Of a stretch of 64,000 bases of DNA, positions 48,079-58,714 are shown one piece after another. A model generated the notes under the pieces. It saw nothing but the letters and a program-made list of their open reading frames with translations, made no database searches and was not told the DNA's origin. Origin of the DNA: Lepidodermella squamata (lineage: Eukaryota > Animalia > Gastrotricha); the NCBI GenBank assembly GCA_047495785.1, contig JBLDXI010000002.1, positions 930,001 to 994,000 of the forward strand, written 5' to 3'. The position numbers were made by a program, and so were the translations under genes. Every line of letters starts with the position of its first letter. The first letter of the stretch is position 1.

Positions 48079-49577
48079 TGCTAGTCATCCCTGCGACGAA
48101 AAACAATATATTTCATTTTAAATTACAAAAATGACTCGGCTTACTTATTAGCAGTCACTTTTCTCGGGCCCGACTGGCATCGGCGGCGCTGGTGGCGTAC
48201 TGGCGTGCTTTTCCTACGTCGCCTAAAAACAAATATATAGGTATCGTCATCATTATTTTCAATTATGACAGTACTTACTGTGGCGTTTTCAGCACATCTT
48301 CAGTATTGGTTGTTGTCGTAATCTTATCGTCCTGGTCGTGACAAGCCAACACCGCACCGTCAACCGCTGGCTTTTGCTGCTGTAGCTTCAGCCGCATCTT
48401 CAACGGAAGTTGCTGTTCGGCGCTGACATTTTGCTGATCGGCATGTGACTCAACAACAGACATATCACCGGCACCATCGCTGTTGTTCTGCGGCTCCGAT
48501 GTAGCACTGTTCTGCGGCTGTTCTGCTGCTCCGGGTTGATGGTACAGCAGACTTGATTGCTGGCTCGACTGCAGAGATTGTTGCATCATACGTTGCACTA
48601 TTAGAAAGTGTAATGCTTGCCAGTGTTTTCTCGTGCCGGGCTGTCGCCTCATCGGCTGTCTTCTTCGCCGCCAGCAATTCTTCGATTGTCCCGCGTAGTA
48701 TCGTAGTTTCAACATCCAACTCCTCGACCTTCCTCTCAGCCTTCCCGAGTTTAGTACGTTGATTATGTATCTCGTTCTCATGGCGCGCTGCTAACAGTCT
48801 CCATCCCGCCAAATCAACGATCATGTCGCCCAGTAAGATGACCATCGAGCTCATAAGCTCAGATGGCATGTACATAAGCGTGCCCTCGAATTTTTGTACT
48901 ACTGCCGTAGTGACGCCGGAAATCTCACCCAAGGCATCAACGTCGGCGTAATTTTCCGCCAAGAATCTTGGTAAACCTAGAGTCACATAAATCACGTGAT
49001 GGTTTTCAATGACGAGAAAAAAATACTTGCGAGTATAAGTATGTCTATCCAAATATTGACGAAACCGTGATTGTGAATACATTTGAGCTGGAATCTCCAT
49101 CATAGGCGCCATCGGTCTGGTCGCCATCTGCGGCATCGGCAGGGGCGCAATAGACAACATGTGCGCCTTCGGCTGCGGCGCCATCAGCCCGGTTGCAATC
49201 GGCCCGGGCGCAATCGGCCTGGGCAGCACAGGCGCCATCGGTTGGGGCGGCACAGGGATGGGCGGCATAGGCGCCATCGGCCGGGGCGCCATCGGTTGGG
49301 GCGGCACAGGCATGGGCGGCATAGGCGCCATCGGCCGGGGCGCCATCGGTTGGGGCGGCACAGGCATGGGCGGCATCGGCACTTGCTGCTGCTGCTGAGC
49401 GATCGGTGCTTGGCTCATGTTACTCGATGTTTGTTGTTGTTGGACACTAGGTGCCATGGAGAGCGGGTGTTGTCGCTGAGCGGTCTGGTGAGAGACTGGC
49501 AGTTGATTGTCACTCGCGAGGCGTGGAATAGGCATTATCGCTGGCTTGATGCCTGGCATCGCTTGATGCTGTTGCAT
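48079..49577 (-). CDS. Q/P-rich protein with coiled coil and spliced basic tail (apparent frameshift near 48540)
   Basis: ORF 48465-49577 (54-bp PMAPRPMAPMPPMPVPPQ repeats, heptad Leu) overlaps ORF 48275-48781, which splices via GTAAGT to an RRRKST..RRR exon. Confidence 0.55.
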
Positions 49578-49651
49578 GGCTATGATTAGTAAAACTCTAA
49601 TAAAATAAAAACGCGTATATTATTATTTTTTACTTTATTTCACACACGCAA

Positions 49652-49984
49652 TCACTCAGGTGAGGATGAGGCAAAGAACGCAGGGCAGAGCCGTTGTATA
49701 ATACGTAGCGCGTATATGTAACATTCGGGTACTGAATGATTACTATTAGCATATTTGTTATAATATTTCAGAAATGTTTCACACGCGTATGATATCTGAG
49801 CATCGCTATCGTACAAGCTAAGAATAACGATAGCCATAAAATATGCTGATGTATCGTTTTTTCGTAGGTTCTGATATTTTGACTGACTAATGCCGCGATG
49901 TTGCAGATGATACGACATATATTTTCCGAACGTGTCGCACAGCTGTTCTATCAAGAGATGAATATATGCGTCGCTCGATGCCAT
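49652..49984 (-). CDS. Maverick hypothetical protein
   Basis: 110-aa ATG ORF of ordinary composition between AT-rich spacers. Confidence 0.5.
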   Translation of the reverse strand: MASSDAYIHLLIEQLCDTFGKYMSYHLQHRGISQSKYQNLRKNDTSAYFMAIVILSLYDSDAQISYACETFLKYYNKYANSNHSVPECYIYALRIIQRLCPAFFASSSPE

Positions 49985-50193
49985 GAATTATTATTAATAT
50001 GTATAAGAAATTATTTCTAGAGAGAGAGAGAAAACCGAAAACGTCGCGTAAATTAATTTGAAACGTCGCGCGTTTTACTTACTTTGCACGCACCTTATAT
50101 GCGACGTATTTTTTTAGATTTATTTTTTTATTTGCGCGATTTTCGAATTAATTTACGCAACGCTTTTTAAGAGCCACAATTAAATATATAATA

Positions 50194-50386
50194 CACCGTG
50201 TCCCAGTATTAGCGCAACTATTTTTTTTTTTTTTGTTTAATTGAGTAATTTTTTTGTTTAGAAAATTCAACTATTTCAATCCCAATAAAATTTGATATGC
50301 GCGATATATCTATTCTCATGATTTTTCTGTCTATGAGATGTGACTCTCAGATTTTTTTTCGCTTGCGCTACTTATGGGACACGATG
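50194..50386. mobile_element. Host Tc1/mariner-type MITE nested in the Maverick
   Basis: TA|CACCGTGTCCCA...TGGGACACGATG|TA; right end closely matches the 19418 MITE terminus (GTCCCATAAGTAGCGCAAGC). Confidence 0.8.
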
Positions 50387-50429
50387 TATATTATATTTTA
50401 ATAACAACTCGCGTGGCCTGGCGTTATAA

Positions 50430-51231
50430 CTAGTCGCGAATGACGCGCTTCAAAATCGAAGGCAGTTGGCGCATCGACTCATAACTGAACGAAACACCAT
50501 CGCGAGAGGGGCACGGTTTGTCATTATTGTCAAGGTAGTAAAAGCGAATGTCACAATGGAGCCGAATCTTATTCGCAGAGTTATACCCAGGATAATAACA
50601 TTGGGCATAAAATCCATCCCATATTTCAAACAGATCACCAACCCGCGTGATATCAGCCGGCGTATTGACCTTAACGAGCTCCAACTCCCCGGATCGCTCT
50701 AGTTTTTCTATAATATCACAAACCCGCTTGAACCAGTCCGATCGCTGAGTCATACCTTCCAAAAGTTTTCGGGCTTCTGTTGTTGACAGCCATAACCCCC
50801 GCGAAAAAAATTTGGATTGCAGCTTATCAGAGAAAAATATATCTTCACTGACCACCCCTAAGAAATAAACTGGGTACCCGGGTTCACTCGTGGAAAATCG
50901 AATAACCTTTTGCTGTTTGTTATTGCGAAAGGGCTGAATTTCATCTAATTCACAAATGTTACCTGCCAGCGTGATATAACGCCGGCTTGGCCGTACCAAT
51001 GACGCATCGCGATTGACGATTGTCTATATATTTAAAACAATATTTTATATGTTAAATTTACGAATAAATAAATACCTTGGTGCTTGGTGGAATGTTCTCC
51101 TCGTTTTCTCGTCGCGGCGATGAGTCAGGAGATGACGCTGACGGTGATGTCGCTGTGACGCGTGCCGTTGTTGTGTTGGTTTTATCACCAAGCGATTTGC
51201 GAGATTGCTCTTGCGGCAGAAGAGGTGCCAT
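50430..51231 (-). CDS. PC4/Sub1-like ssDNA-binding coactivator, 249 aa (exons 51231-51076, 51023-50430)
   Basis: CDIRFYYLDNNDKPCPSRDGVSFSYESMRQL matches the PC4 pattern IDIREYW.D..G...P.RKGISL..EQW.QL; Ser/Thr-rich N-terminal exon; 52-bp GT-AG intron. Confidence 0.75.
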
Positions 51232-52072
51232 TATAGAGCGAACAGTGTTTTATAGCGCGAATAATAAGACAATGATAACACAAATGATTTTGGCAACTGA
51301 TTATGAGGTGGCTTATCGACTCGTATTTATAGGTGCGTATTTGCATCGATCACTCAATCAGCTTTCACCTGAACCGTGAAAATGAATGAACTAGACTACT
51401 ACTCATGCTACTGCTTTTTGATCTCTTTATCGGCTGTTTCGGCCGCTTTTTTCCTTTGTCGGCAATCTCAGCTTCCCACGTGAGAGTTGATATCTTTATC
51501 GGCATTTTAGCGCTTGTCAAACAGCTGTGTTTTATAACCGGTGGCTGATACTATATATATATAATATACTTGCGGTGTATATTATTACATATTTTTACTA
51601 CATATCACAGTGGTATATGATTGGTCGGTTAGGTCTTATATTTCGATGGCGATTGGTCGACGCTGAGAGCGTGATATTATCGCAACATATCGATAATCTT
51701 ATATCAATGCGGCGATTGGCTGATACTTCTACGCGGCGAGCGTGTTCATATTATCGCAATATATCGATAGCGCGCGCACATCATCATCGGCTGCTATAAT
51801 CGGCACTTATAATCCCTCTGTATTTTTGTCCTTTGCCGCAATGCAACGTTTTACTTAACTCCAGATCACACATCTGGCTGAGAACACCCTCGCTAGAATA
51901 TCATTTTTCAGTCGGAATTATTACCGCCAACGCTGTTAATTTTTACTCTCCGTCTCTTCACGTATTACCGCAATCGTCATCCGTCCGCCCTCTCGCCTGA
52001 AATATATATATCTGGTATGATATTAATTTATTATTATTTTTTTAATGATTTTTATTCATTTTTGTTCAAGCT

Positions 52073-52513
52073 ATGTCGCGTCGCCCTCCTACTGGTCGTT
52101 CTATCCGTCACACGTCGAAATCACTCGCCAGTAATACACGTCCAGCTGCAGGTGTTGTGTTTGGCGAAATTACAGCTGAATCGCCGCCAATAATCGATGA
52201 TGTGCAATTCACTCGTATGAAAATACCGATGACTAACATATATATGTCACGGCGGCGTCTCTATCGCTCAGCGACCACTGTTGTTGTCTCGGCTCAGCCA
52301 CCTGCTTATCGACTGCAACCCGTCAAAGGAGGTTTGGCTTATGTCGATGTTTACTTCGACGACGCAATTCGCGAGTCCGGTGATACCTTTATTCGATCTT
52401 ATTATATCGATCGCCTGTTAAATGCGCATTCGCTTGTCAAGGCCATTGAAGGCTATCTCGAAAATTATATTTACACCGGTAGTGGCTGCTTTATTGAATA
52501 CTTGTATTACTAA
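52073..52513 (+). CDS. Maverick hypothetical protein
   Basis: 146-aa ATG ORF near the right TIR, with AATAAA downstream. Confidence 0.5.
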   Translation: MSRRPPTGRSIRHTSKSLASNTRPAAGVVFGEITAESPPIIDDVQFTRMKIPMTNIYMSRRRLYRSATTVVVSAQPPAYRLQPVKGGLAYVDVYFDDAIRESGDTFIRSYYIDRLLNAHSLVKAIEGYLENYIYTGSGCFIEYLYY

Positions 52514-52742
52514 TAGTCTCTCGATCCTATACACCTCATACGTGTTCGATAATGACGGCTGCCTCATTACATTCTTGCGTTCCTTTGCACACTCGATTGG
52601 CAATTATACTCGCTCCGCAGTTAAATAAAAATTTTAATCACCGTGATATATCAATCTTTATTTTCTCATCAAGTTGATTTTACAGGGCAGGGTGACAGGA
52701 AAGTGATAGCCGTTGCTGTTGGCGAAAAAATGAAAAATATAG

Positions 52743-52869
52743 CAGGGTGACTTAAAAATATCCTCGATTTTTTTAGCTTCCAGTTTTGCACTAATATTTA
52801 ACATGGAAAATCAAATAAATAGGCTAATTTTTTGAGGCTATTTTTTCGTTCCGCCCTAATCATCCTCCT
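52743..52869 (-). repeat. Right terminal inverted repeat
   Basis: Reverse complement of 29092-29219; ends ...CCGCCCTAATCATCCTCCT. Confidence 0.93.
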
Positions 52870-53593
52870 AATAGCGATAAATTTTCCCAATGTTGGATTT
52901 CGTCACAGCTTTTCATAATATTGGGAGTGAACTGCTCTTTACGACCTATTTAGCTGTCAAACCTGAAGGGTTATCCGCATTAGGTAGTCCAATCAAAATT
53001 TAACGAGTGACTCAATAACTCGATTGTATTTCCCCCATATCTGAGATAAAAAGCTTTAAAATCGTCGACATAGGCTTGGATTTTACGATGGTGAGCAGAA
53101 ACAAATTACATTCGGTTTCGAAAAGCACGCAAAGCCGGTTTTCAGCTCATTTTCGATAGACAAGCTGCCATTCTGTTTTTCGTTCGTTCGTTCGTTCGTT
53201 CAATACACATTTTCATTCAATTCTTCCCAAGCATTCCTAATTGCTGCTGATGAAACAATTCGATTTTATGTGCAGACAATTCGATTCCTGTGGTTCAGTT
53301 CCAGCGTAGCGAGAAAAAAAAACTGAAAATCATTTTTATTGCACGTTTATTAAAGCATGGAAATGTGCAGGGGGAGATATTTACTCAGGCCTGCTGTTGT
53401 AGTTGTCTTCCTCACGCTTAGCCTCGAGGTAGTTTTATTCATAGTTTTATTGGCCGCTTTGCTGGTCACCTTGCTGGCCACCTCGTTGGCCACCTTGTGT
53501 GAGACCGTGCTGGCCGCCCTGTTGGCCACCTTGGCCGCTTACCAGGTCACCTAGCTGGCCGCCCTGTTGGCCACCTTGGCCGCTTTGCTGGTC
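52870..53593 (+). repeat. Right copy of the 724-bp direct repeat flanking the Maverick
   Basis: Begins immediately after the right TIR; near-identical to 28369-29091. Confidence 0.93.
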
Positions 53594-53821
53594 ACCTTGC
53601 TGGCCACCTCGTTGGCCACCTTGTGTGAGACCTTGCTGGCCACCCTGTAGAGTAGCTAGGCCGCTTACCAGGTCATACGCTTCACCACGCTTGGCCTCGT
53701 AAAGAGGATTTGCAGCGACTGACGCTACCTGAGTAAAATACAATAGGAATATATAGGTAACATGTCAACTTTGAAATCGGCTGATTACCAAGAATGCAAA
53801 CAGCGAAAGTTGGTTGATCAT
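53447..53821 (-). CDS. Secreted peptide-precursor family member D (GGQQ-rich)
   Basis: Exon 1 MINQLSLFAFL + exon 2 VASVAANPLYEAKR-GEAYD..(GGQQ)n; family-type sequence (NYLEAKREEDNY) continues past two in-frame TAA. Confidence 0.65.
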
Positions 53822-54790
53822 TCTTTGCAGACTGTTATTCATAAACGGAATGAGGAAATTGAGGAAAATATTCGCAGTGTGAGAAAGGTTGCTGTTTGAT
53901 TCGAATATATGATTTTCCAGCTCATTGTTGATGCTTTTATAGGCTGGCAGACGAGTTAATCTCGACGTTGCGGGCGAATAATCGCCGCCCAGGGTGCCGT
54001 TTTACGTGTTTTTCGCTGATAGCTTCACTCCAAAATATTCACCTGCGGTGTATGTAAACTTTACATCCGCTGTTGATCATTTTTTAGTTTGCATTCAACT
54101 TCGAAAAGAACGCCCAGCCGGTTAGCCGCACATTTTGATAGACAAGCTGGCATTCTGCCCAGAAGGTTTGTTGAGTCGCACACAATAACTTTTTCAGCAA
54201 AACGCAAACAACAGCCGTAGCCAAATGAATTTGAAAATTCTTCAATTTACATAGCCGTAGGTGCATAATATTTGACAATAATTCACAACATAATTCACCT
54301 ATCAAGTGACAAGGCATGCTACTGCATCAGACCGATAGATCGGTGTTTGCTCTTTCAATTCACTTTTTTTATTAATAGTATCATCTTTCCCCAGCATGCT
54401 TAATTGCTGCTGATATAACAACATCTATGCGCAGAAAATTCGGTTCCTGTGGTTCAGTACCAGCGTAGAAAGAAAAATTAACATCTTTATTGTATCTGTA
54501 TTATCTAAACAAAGATTGAAAATGTGCATTACATTTAGAACTTTGCAGAAAATATAACATAAGCCATTACCTATAGAACTTAAAAGCTATGCATTTGAAA
54601 GCTTTAGATAATTAGCAGTAGTTTGTAGCGACACATCTCTTTGCGGAATATAGCTATAAGCGAGCGAAGTCATGACAGATATATAATGTCATTTTTATAG
54701 GTGTCTTTTCAAGGTTGAGATATTTATTTGGCTTCGCGGTAGTTTCCCTCACCACGTTTGGCCTCATGGTAGTTGTCTTCCGATACCTTG

Positions 54791-55366
54791 TTAGCCGCCT
54801 TGCTGGACTAGCTGGCCTTGCTGGCCACCTGGCGAACCACCTTGCTGGCCACCTTTCTGGCCAACTTGCTGGCCACCTTGTTGCCCACCTTGTTGCCCAC
54901 CTCGCTGGCCACCTTGTTGGCCACCTCGTTGGCCACCTTGTGTGAGACCACCTTGGCCGCACTGTTGGCCACCTTGGCCGCTTACCAGGTCACATAGCTG
55001 GCCGCCCTGTTGGCCACCTTTGCCGCTTTGCTGGTCACCTTGCTGGCCACCTCGTTGGCCACCTTGTGTGAGACCACCTTGGCCGCCCTGTTGGCCACCT
55101 TGGCCGCCCTGTTGGCCACCTTGGCCGCTTTGCTGGTCACCTTGCTGGCCACCTCGTTGGCCACCTTGTGTGAGACCTTGCTGGCCACCCTGTAGAGTAG
55201 CTAGGCCGCTTACCAGGTCATACGCTTCACCACGCTTGGCCTCGTAAAGAGGATTTGCAGCGACTGACGCTACCTGAGTAAAATACAATAGGAATATATA
55301 GGTAACATGTCAACTTTGAAATCGGCTGATTACCAAGAATGCAAACAGCGAAAGTTGGTTGATCAT
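54791..55366 (-). CDS. Secreted peptide-precursor family member C (GGQQ-rich)
   Basis: Exons 55366-55334 and 55273-54791; 5' region near-identical to D; degenerate EDNYHEAKRGEGNYREAK tail out of frame beyond the stop. Confidence 0.65.
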
Positions 55367-56498
55367 TCTTTGCAGACTGTTATTCATAAACGGAATGAGG
55401 AAATTGAGGAAAATATTCGCAGTGTGAGAAAGGTTGCTGTTTGATTCGAATATATGATTTTCCAGCTCATTGTTGATGCTTTTATAGGCTGGCAGACGAG
55501 TTAATTTCGACGTTGCGGGTGAATAATAGCCGCCCAGGGTGCCGTTTTACGTGTTTTTCGCTGATAGCTTCACTCCAAAATATTCACCTGCGGTGTATGT
55601 AAACTTTGCGTCCGCTGTTGATCATTTTTTAGTTTGATGTTTGACAGCTCTTCTTCATTAGTTGATGAAAAGCCATTAGAAATGACTTGAGTTAGTTAAA
55701 TCAACAAATATCATATTCTTCAATTGAGCGAACAATATAGAAGATATTTTGTCATAAGCATTAAGCACGGACTATGGCACGGACGATACACATCGTATGC
55801 CATCCGAAATATGAAGGTGGCGTTAAGAAAATTCTGACAGCAAATCCAACTGACCCCTGGCCCGTTGAATGTAGGAAGGATTCATCTTTCAGATTTTATA
55901 TTTCCGGTATCGGCTCTATTGTTGTAAGTTGTTCATTTGTTAGTTTTATTTGAGATTATGGTATCTATACAATTCTATATGTTATTTTTCATGAAAGCCT
56001 GCCAAGCTGTCTACGTCTAAACTATTCGCAAAATTGAATTTCGCCATTTTCTTTCGTAATAAATTGCTTTGAAACACGATATCCCTGTGTTTTTCATACA
56101 AATGAGCTGTTTCAAGACTTCGGAAACCCTCAAGAAGGGTTGAAAATGGGCCATCTACATTCAAAATACAGATAATTCAGGTCAAAAATAAATATGCACC
56201 TGAATCTATGTTTGTCTGATATTGTACGAGTTTCATTCATATCTGAGTTCATATCTGGAAAATTGCATCTTTTATTTTTCAAACAAAGCATGAAAATGCT
56301 CATTGCATGTAAAACTTCGCAGAAATTATAAACGAACTTGAAAGCTAACTTTAAAGCTTGGAAGCGTCAATTAAAAATTAAGTGGTAGGTTGTTGCGGCA
56401 TCGCTATTTGCGGAAAATAGCTTTAAGCGAGCGATTATGAAGTCTTAAGATATAAGAGGTAAGTTTTATAGGTGTCTGTTCACGGGTGAGATATTTAC

Positions 56499-57135
56499 TC
56501 AGGCTTCTTGGTAGTTCTCCTCACCACGCTTTGCCTCCTGGGAGTTCTCTTCCCCACGCTTGGCTTCCTGGTAGTTCTCCTCACCACGCTTTGCCTCCTG
56601 GTAGTTCTCTTCCCCACGTTTGGCTTCCTGGTAGTTCTCCTCACCACGCTTGGCTTCCTGGTAGTTCTCTTCCCCACGTTTGGCTTCTTGGTAGTTCTCT
56701 TCACCACGCTTTGCCTCCTGGTAGTTCTCTTCCCCACGCTTGGCTTCCTGGTAGTTCTCCTCACCACGCTTGGCCTCTTGGTAGTTCTCTTCCCCACGTT
56801 TGGCTTCCTGGTAGTTCTCCTCACCACGCTTGGCCTCTTGGTAGTTCTCTTCCCCACGTTTGGCTTCTTGGTAGTTCTCTTCACCACGCTTTGCCTCCTG
56901 GTAGTTCTCTTCCCCACGCTTGGCTTCCTGGTAGTTCTCCTCACCACGCTTGGCCTCTTGGTAGTTCTCTTCCCCACGTTTGGCTTCCTGGTAGTTCTCC
57001 TCACCACGCTTGGCTTCTTGGTAGTTCTCTTCACCACGCTTTGCCTCCTGGTAGTTCTCTTCCCCACGTTTGGCTTCCTGGTAGTTCTCCTCACCACGCT
57101 TGGCCTCTTGGTAGTTCTCTTCACCACGCTTGGCC
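56499..57135. repeat. 30-bp tandem repeat array (coding)
   Basis: ~21 units of tcaccacgct-tggcttcctg-gtagttctcc with no spacers. Confidence 0.95.
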
Positions 57136-57253
57136 TCGAAAAGTGGGTTTGCCGCGACGGTTGCGACCTATGGTATAATAAAATAGGAGTTAAGTAAAAT
57201 GCCGGATTTCAGCTGGTTACCAAGAATGCAGTCAACGCTAGTTTGTACATCAT
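56499..57253 (-). CDS. Secreted peptide precursor A: signal peptide + 21 KR-separated GEENYQEA-type peptides
   Basis: Exons 57253-57221 and 57167-56499 give MMYKLALTAFLVATVAANPLFEAKR(GEENYQEAKR)20GEENYQEA*; repeat variants are synonymous in this frame except one Y>S. Confidence 0.88.
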
Positions 57254-57375
57254 TTTTTGTTTGCAGAAAGTTGATCGTAAACTGAGGATGAGAAAATTGT
57301 TGAAAATATTTGCAATGCGAGAAAAACCGTTGTTTGATTCGAATGATTTTCCAGCTTATTACTTATGCTTATTAC

Positions 57376-57648
57376 TTATGCCTCCTCGTAGGCGGCTTCA
57401 CCACGCTTGGCTTCCTCGTAGGCAGCTTCACCGCGCTTTGCTTCCTCGTAGGCGGCTTCACCGCGCTTTGCCTCCTCGTAGGCGGCTTCACCGCGCTTTG
57501 CTTCCCTGTAGGCAGCTTCACCGCGCTTTGCCTCGAAAAGGGGATTTGCCGCGACTGTTGCGACCTAGGGTATAATAAAATGGTAAGTTTAGTAAAATGC
57601 TGGATTTCAGCTGGTTACTAATAATGCAGTCAACGCCAGCTTGTACAT
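57376..57648 (-). CDS. Secreted peptide precursor B: 5 KR-separated GEAAYEEA-type peptides
   Basis: Exons 57648-57619 and 57564-57376: MYKLALTALLVATVAANPLFEAKR GEAAYREAKR (GEAAYEEAKR)3 GEAAYEEA*. Confidence 0.85.
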
Positions 57649-58401
57649 CGTTTTTTGCTTGCAGAAAGTCGATCGTAAACCGATGAGAAAATATTCGCAA
57701 TGTGAGATAATTCTGCTGTTTGATTCGAATGATTCTCCAGCTCATTATCGATGCTTTTATAGGCTGGCAGATGAGTTCATTTCGACATTGGCGATGAATA
57801 ATTGCCGCCCAGGGTACCTTCTCACGTGTTGTTTTGCTGATGGCTTCACTCCAAAAATGTTCAGCTGCGATGTATGTCAACTTTGCGTTCGCCGTTCGGC
57901 ACCTTTTTTTAGTTTTTAAAGATTAAACAAAGCTTCTTTGTCAGCTGATGAGAAGCTAAAAGAAAATTTATCGAAGCAGTTGAATCAACAATCATCAATC
58001 GAGCGAACAATATTATGGAAGATTCTTCATCTTTGCATTTACAATTATGTGAGTAATGGTGAATTAAAAAATCATAATTTTCGATACCGCCTGGTAAAAT
58101 ACCGAGAATTAACAAACTAGTTGCCATCGGGGTTTACCGGTTTCCTTCGGTAAATTGGTATTTTTGCTTAAATTGTGGATGATGAGAGGAAATGCTTGAA
58201 AAAGCATCTCCCCACTTTTTATCCTCGATTTCACCGAAGAAAACCCGAAAAAACTGTTGTTTATCTACCTGATTGAACTATATTCTACGCCAAATTCTAT
58301 ATCGTACTGGAAAGATCTTTCTCCTGTTGTATAAAGTGTGTTGTTTTTCTCTCTTTCTCAAAGACGAATGGAAGAAAGACGATGTTATGTTATGTTACTA
58401 G

Positions 58402-58714
58402 CGGTGATAGGGATTTTGTTTGATTTGGTTTGAAAAGGAAAGGCTGTGCTTTGGATTTGTTTTCGTTTTCATCAAAACAAATAAAGCACACAACCATTCC
58501 GGTTGGGGCATTCGCATCCTTTTTTTTACTATTTTTATGGTTTTTTGGTTTTGTTTTGGAAAAATCAAAACATTTCAAAACTTGCTTTGAAAATTTAAGT
58601 TTTGGTTTGAAACGTTCTGAGGGAATGTTTCAATGTTTTGTTTTGAACATGTTTTGATTTGAACAAGCCGTGTTTTGCTTTGAGGTATCAAATCAAACCA
58701 AATCCCTTACTCTG
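58402..58714. mobile_element. hAT-type MITE
   Basis: 8-bp TSD GTTACTAG (58394-58401, 58715-58722); imperfect TIRs C.G.G..AGGGATTT.GTTTGATTTG. Confidence 0.75.

Larger units (their letters stand above)
29092..52869. mobile_element. Complete Maverick/Polinton (endogenous polintovirus), 23.8 kb
   Basis: 5'-AGGAGG...CCTCCT-3' termini, TIRs, and the full core set: integrase, mCP, MCP, protease, ATPase, pPolB. Confidence 0.97.

Noticed and set aside
29092-52869. Bacterial prophage or contamination
   Set aside because: Spliceosomal introns, rve-chromo integrase, Polinton capsid motifs and a nested host MITE indicate an endogenous eukaryotic element.
29086-52875. Canonical 6-bp target-site duplication
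   Set aside because: Flanks are CTGGTC and AATAGC; they do not match.
53370-54800. Stop-codon reassignment (TAA where Glu/Gln is expected in genes C and D)
   Set aside because: TAA and TAG terminate many other well-supported genes here; nonsense mutations or truncation are simpler.
56499-57135. CRISPR-like array
   Set aside because: Direct tandem units with no unique spacers, no cas genes, eukaryotic context.
56486-57197. ORF-track proteins from the 30-bp array (protamine-like RTTRKPSVV, LPGSSPHH and hydrophobic frames)
   Set aside because: Repeat variants are non-synonymous in these frames but synonymous in the spliced GEENYQEAKR frame.
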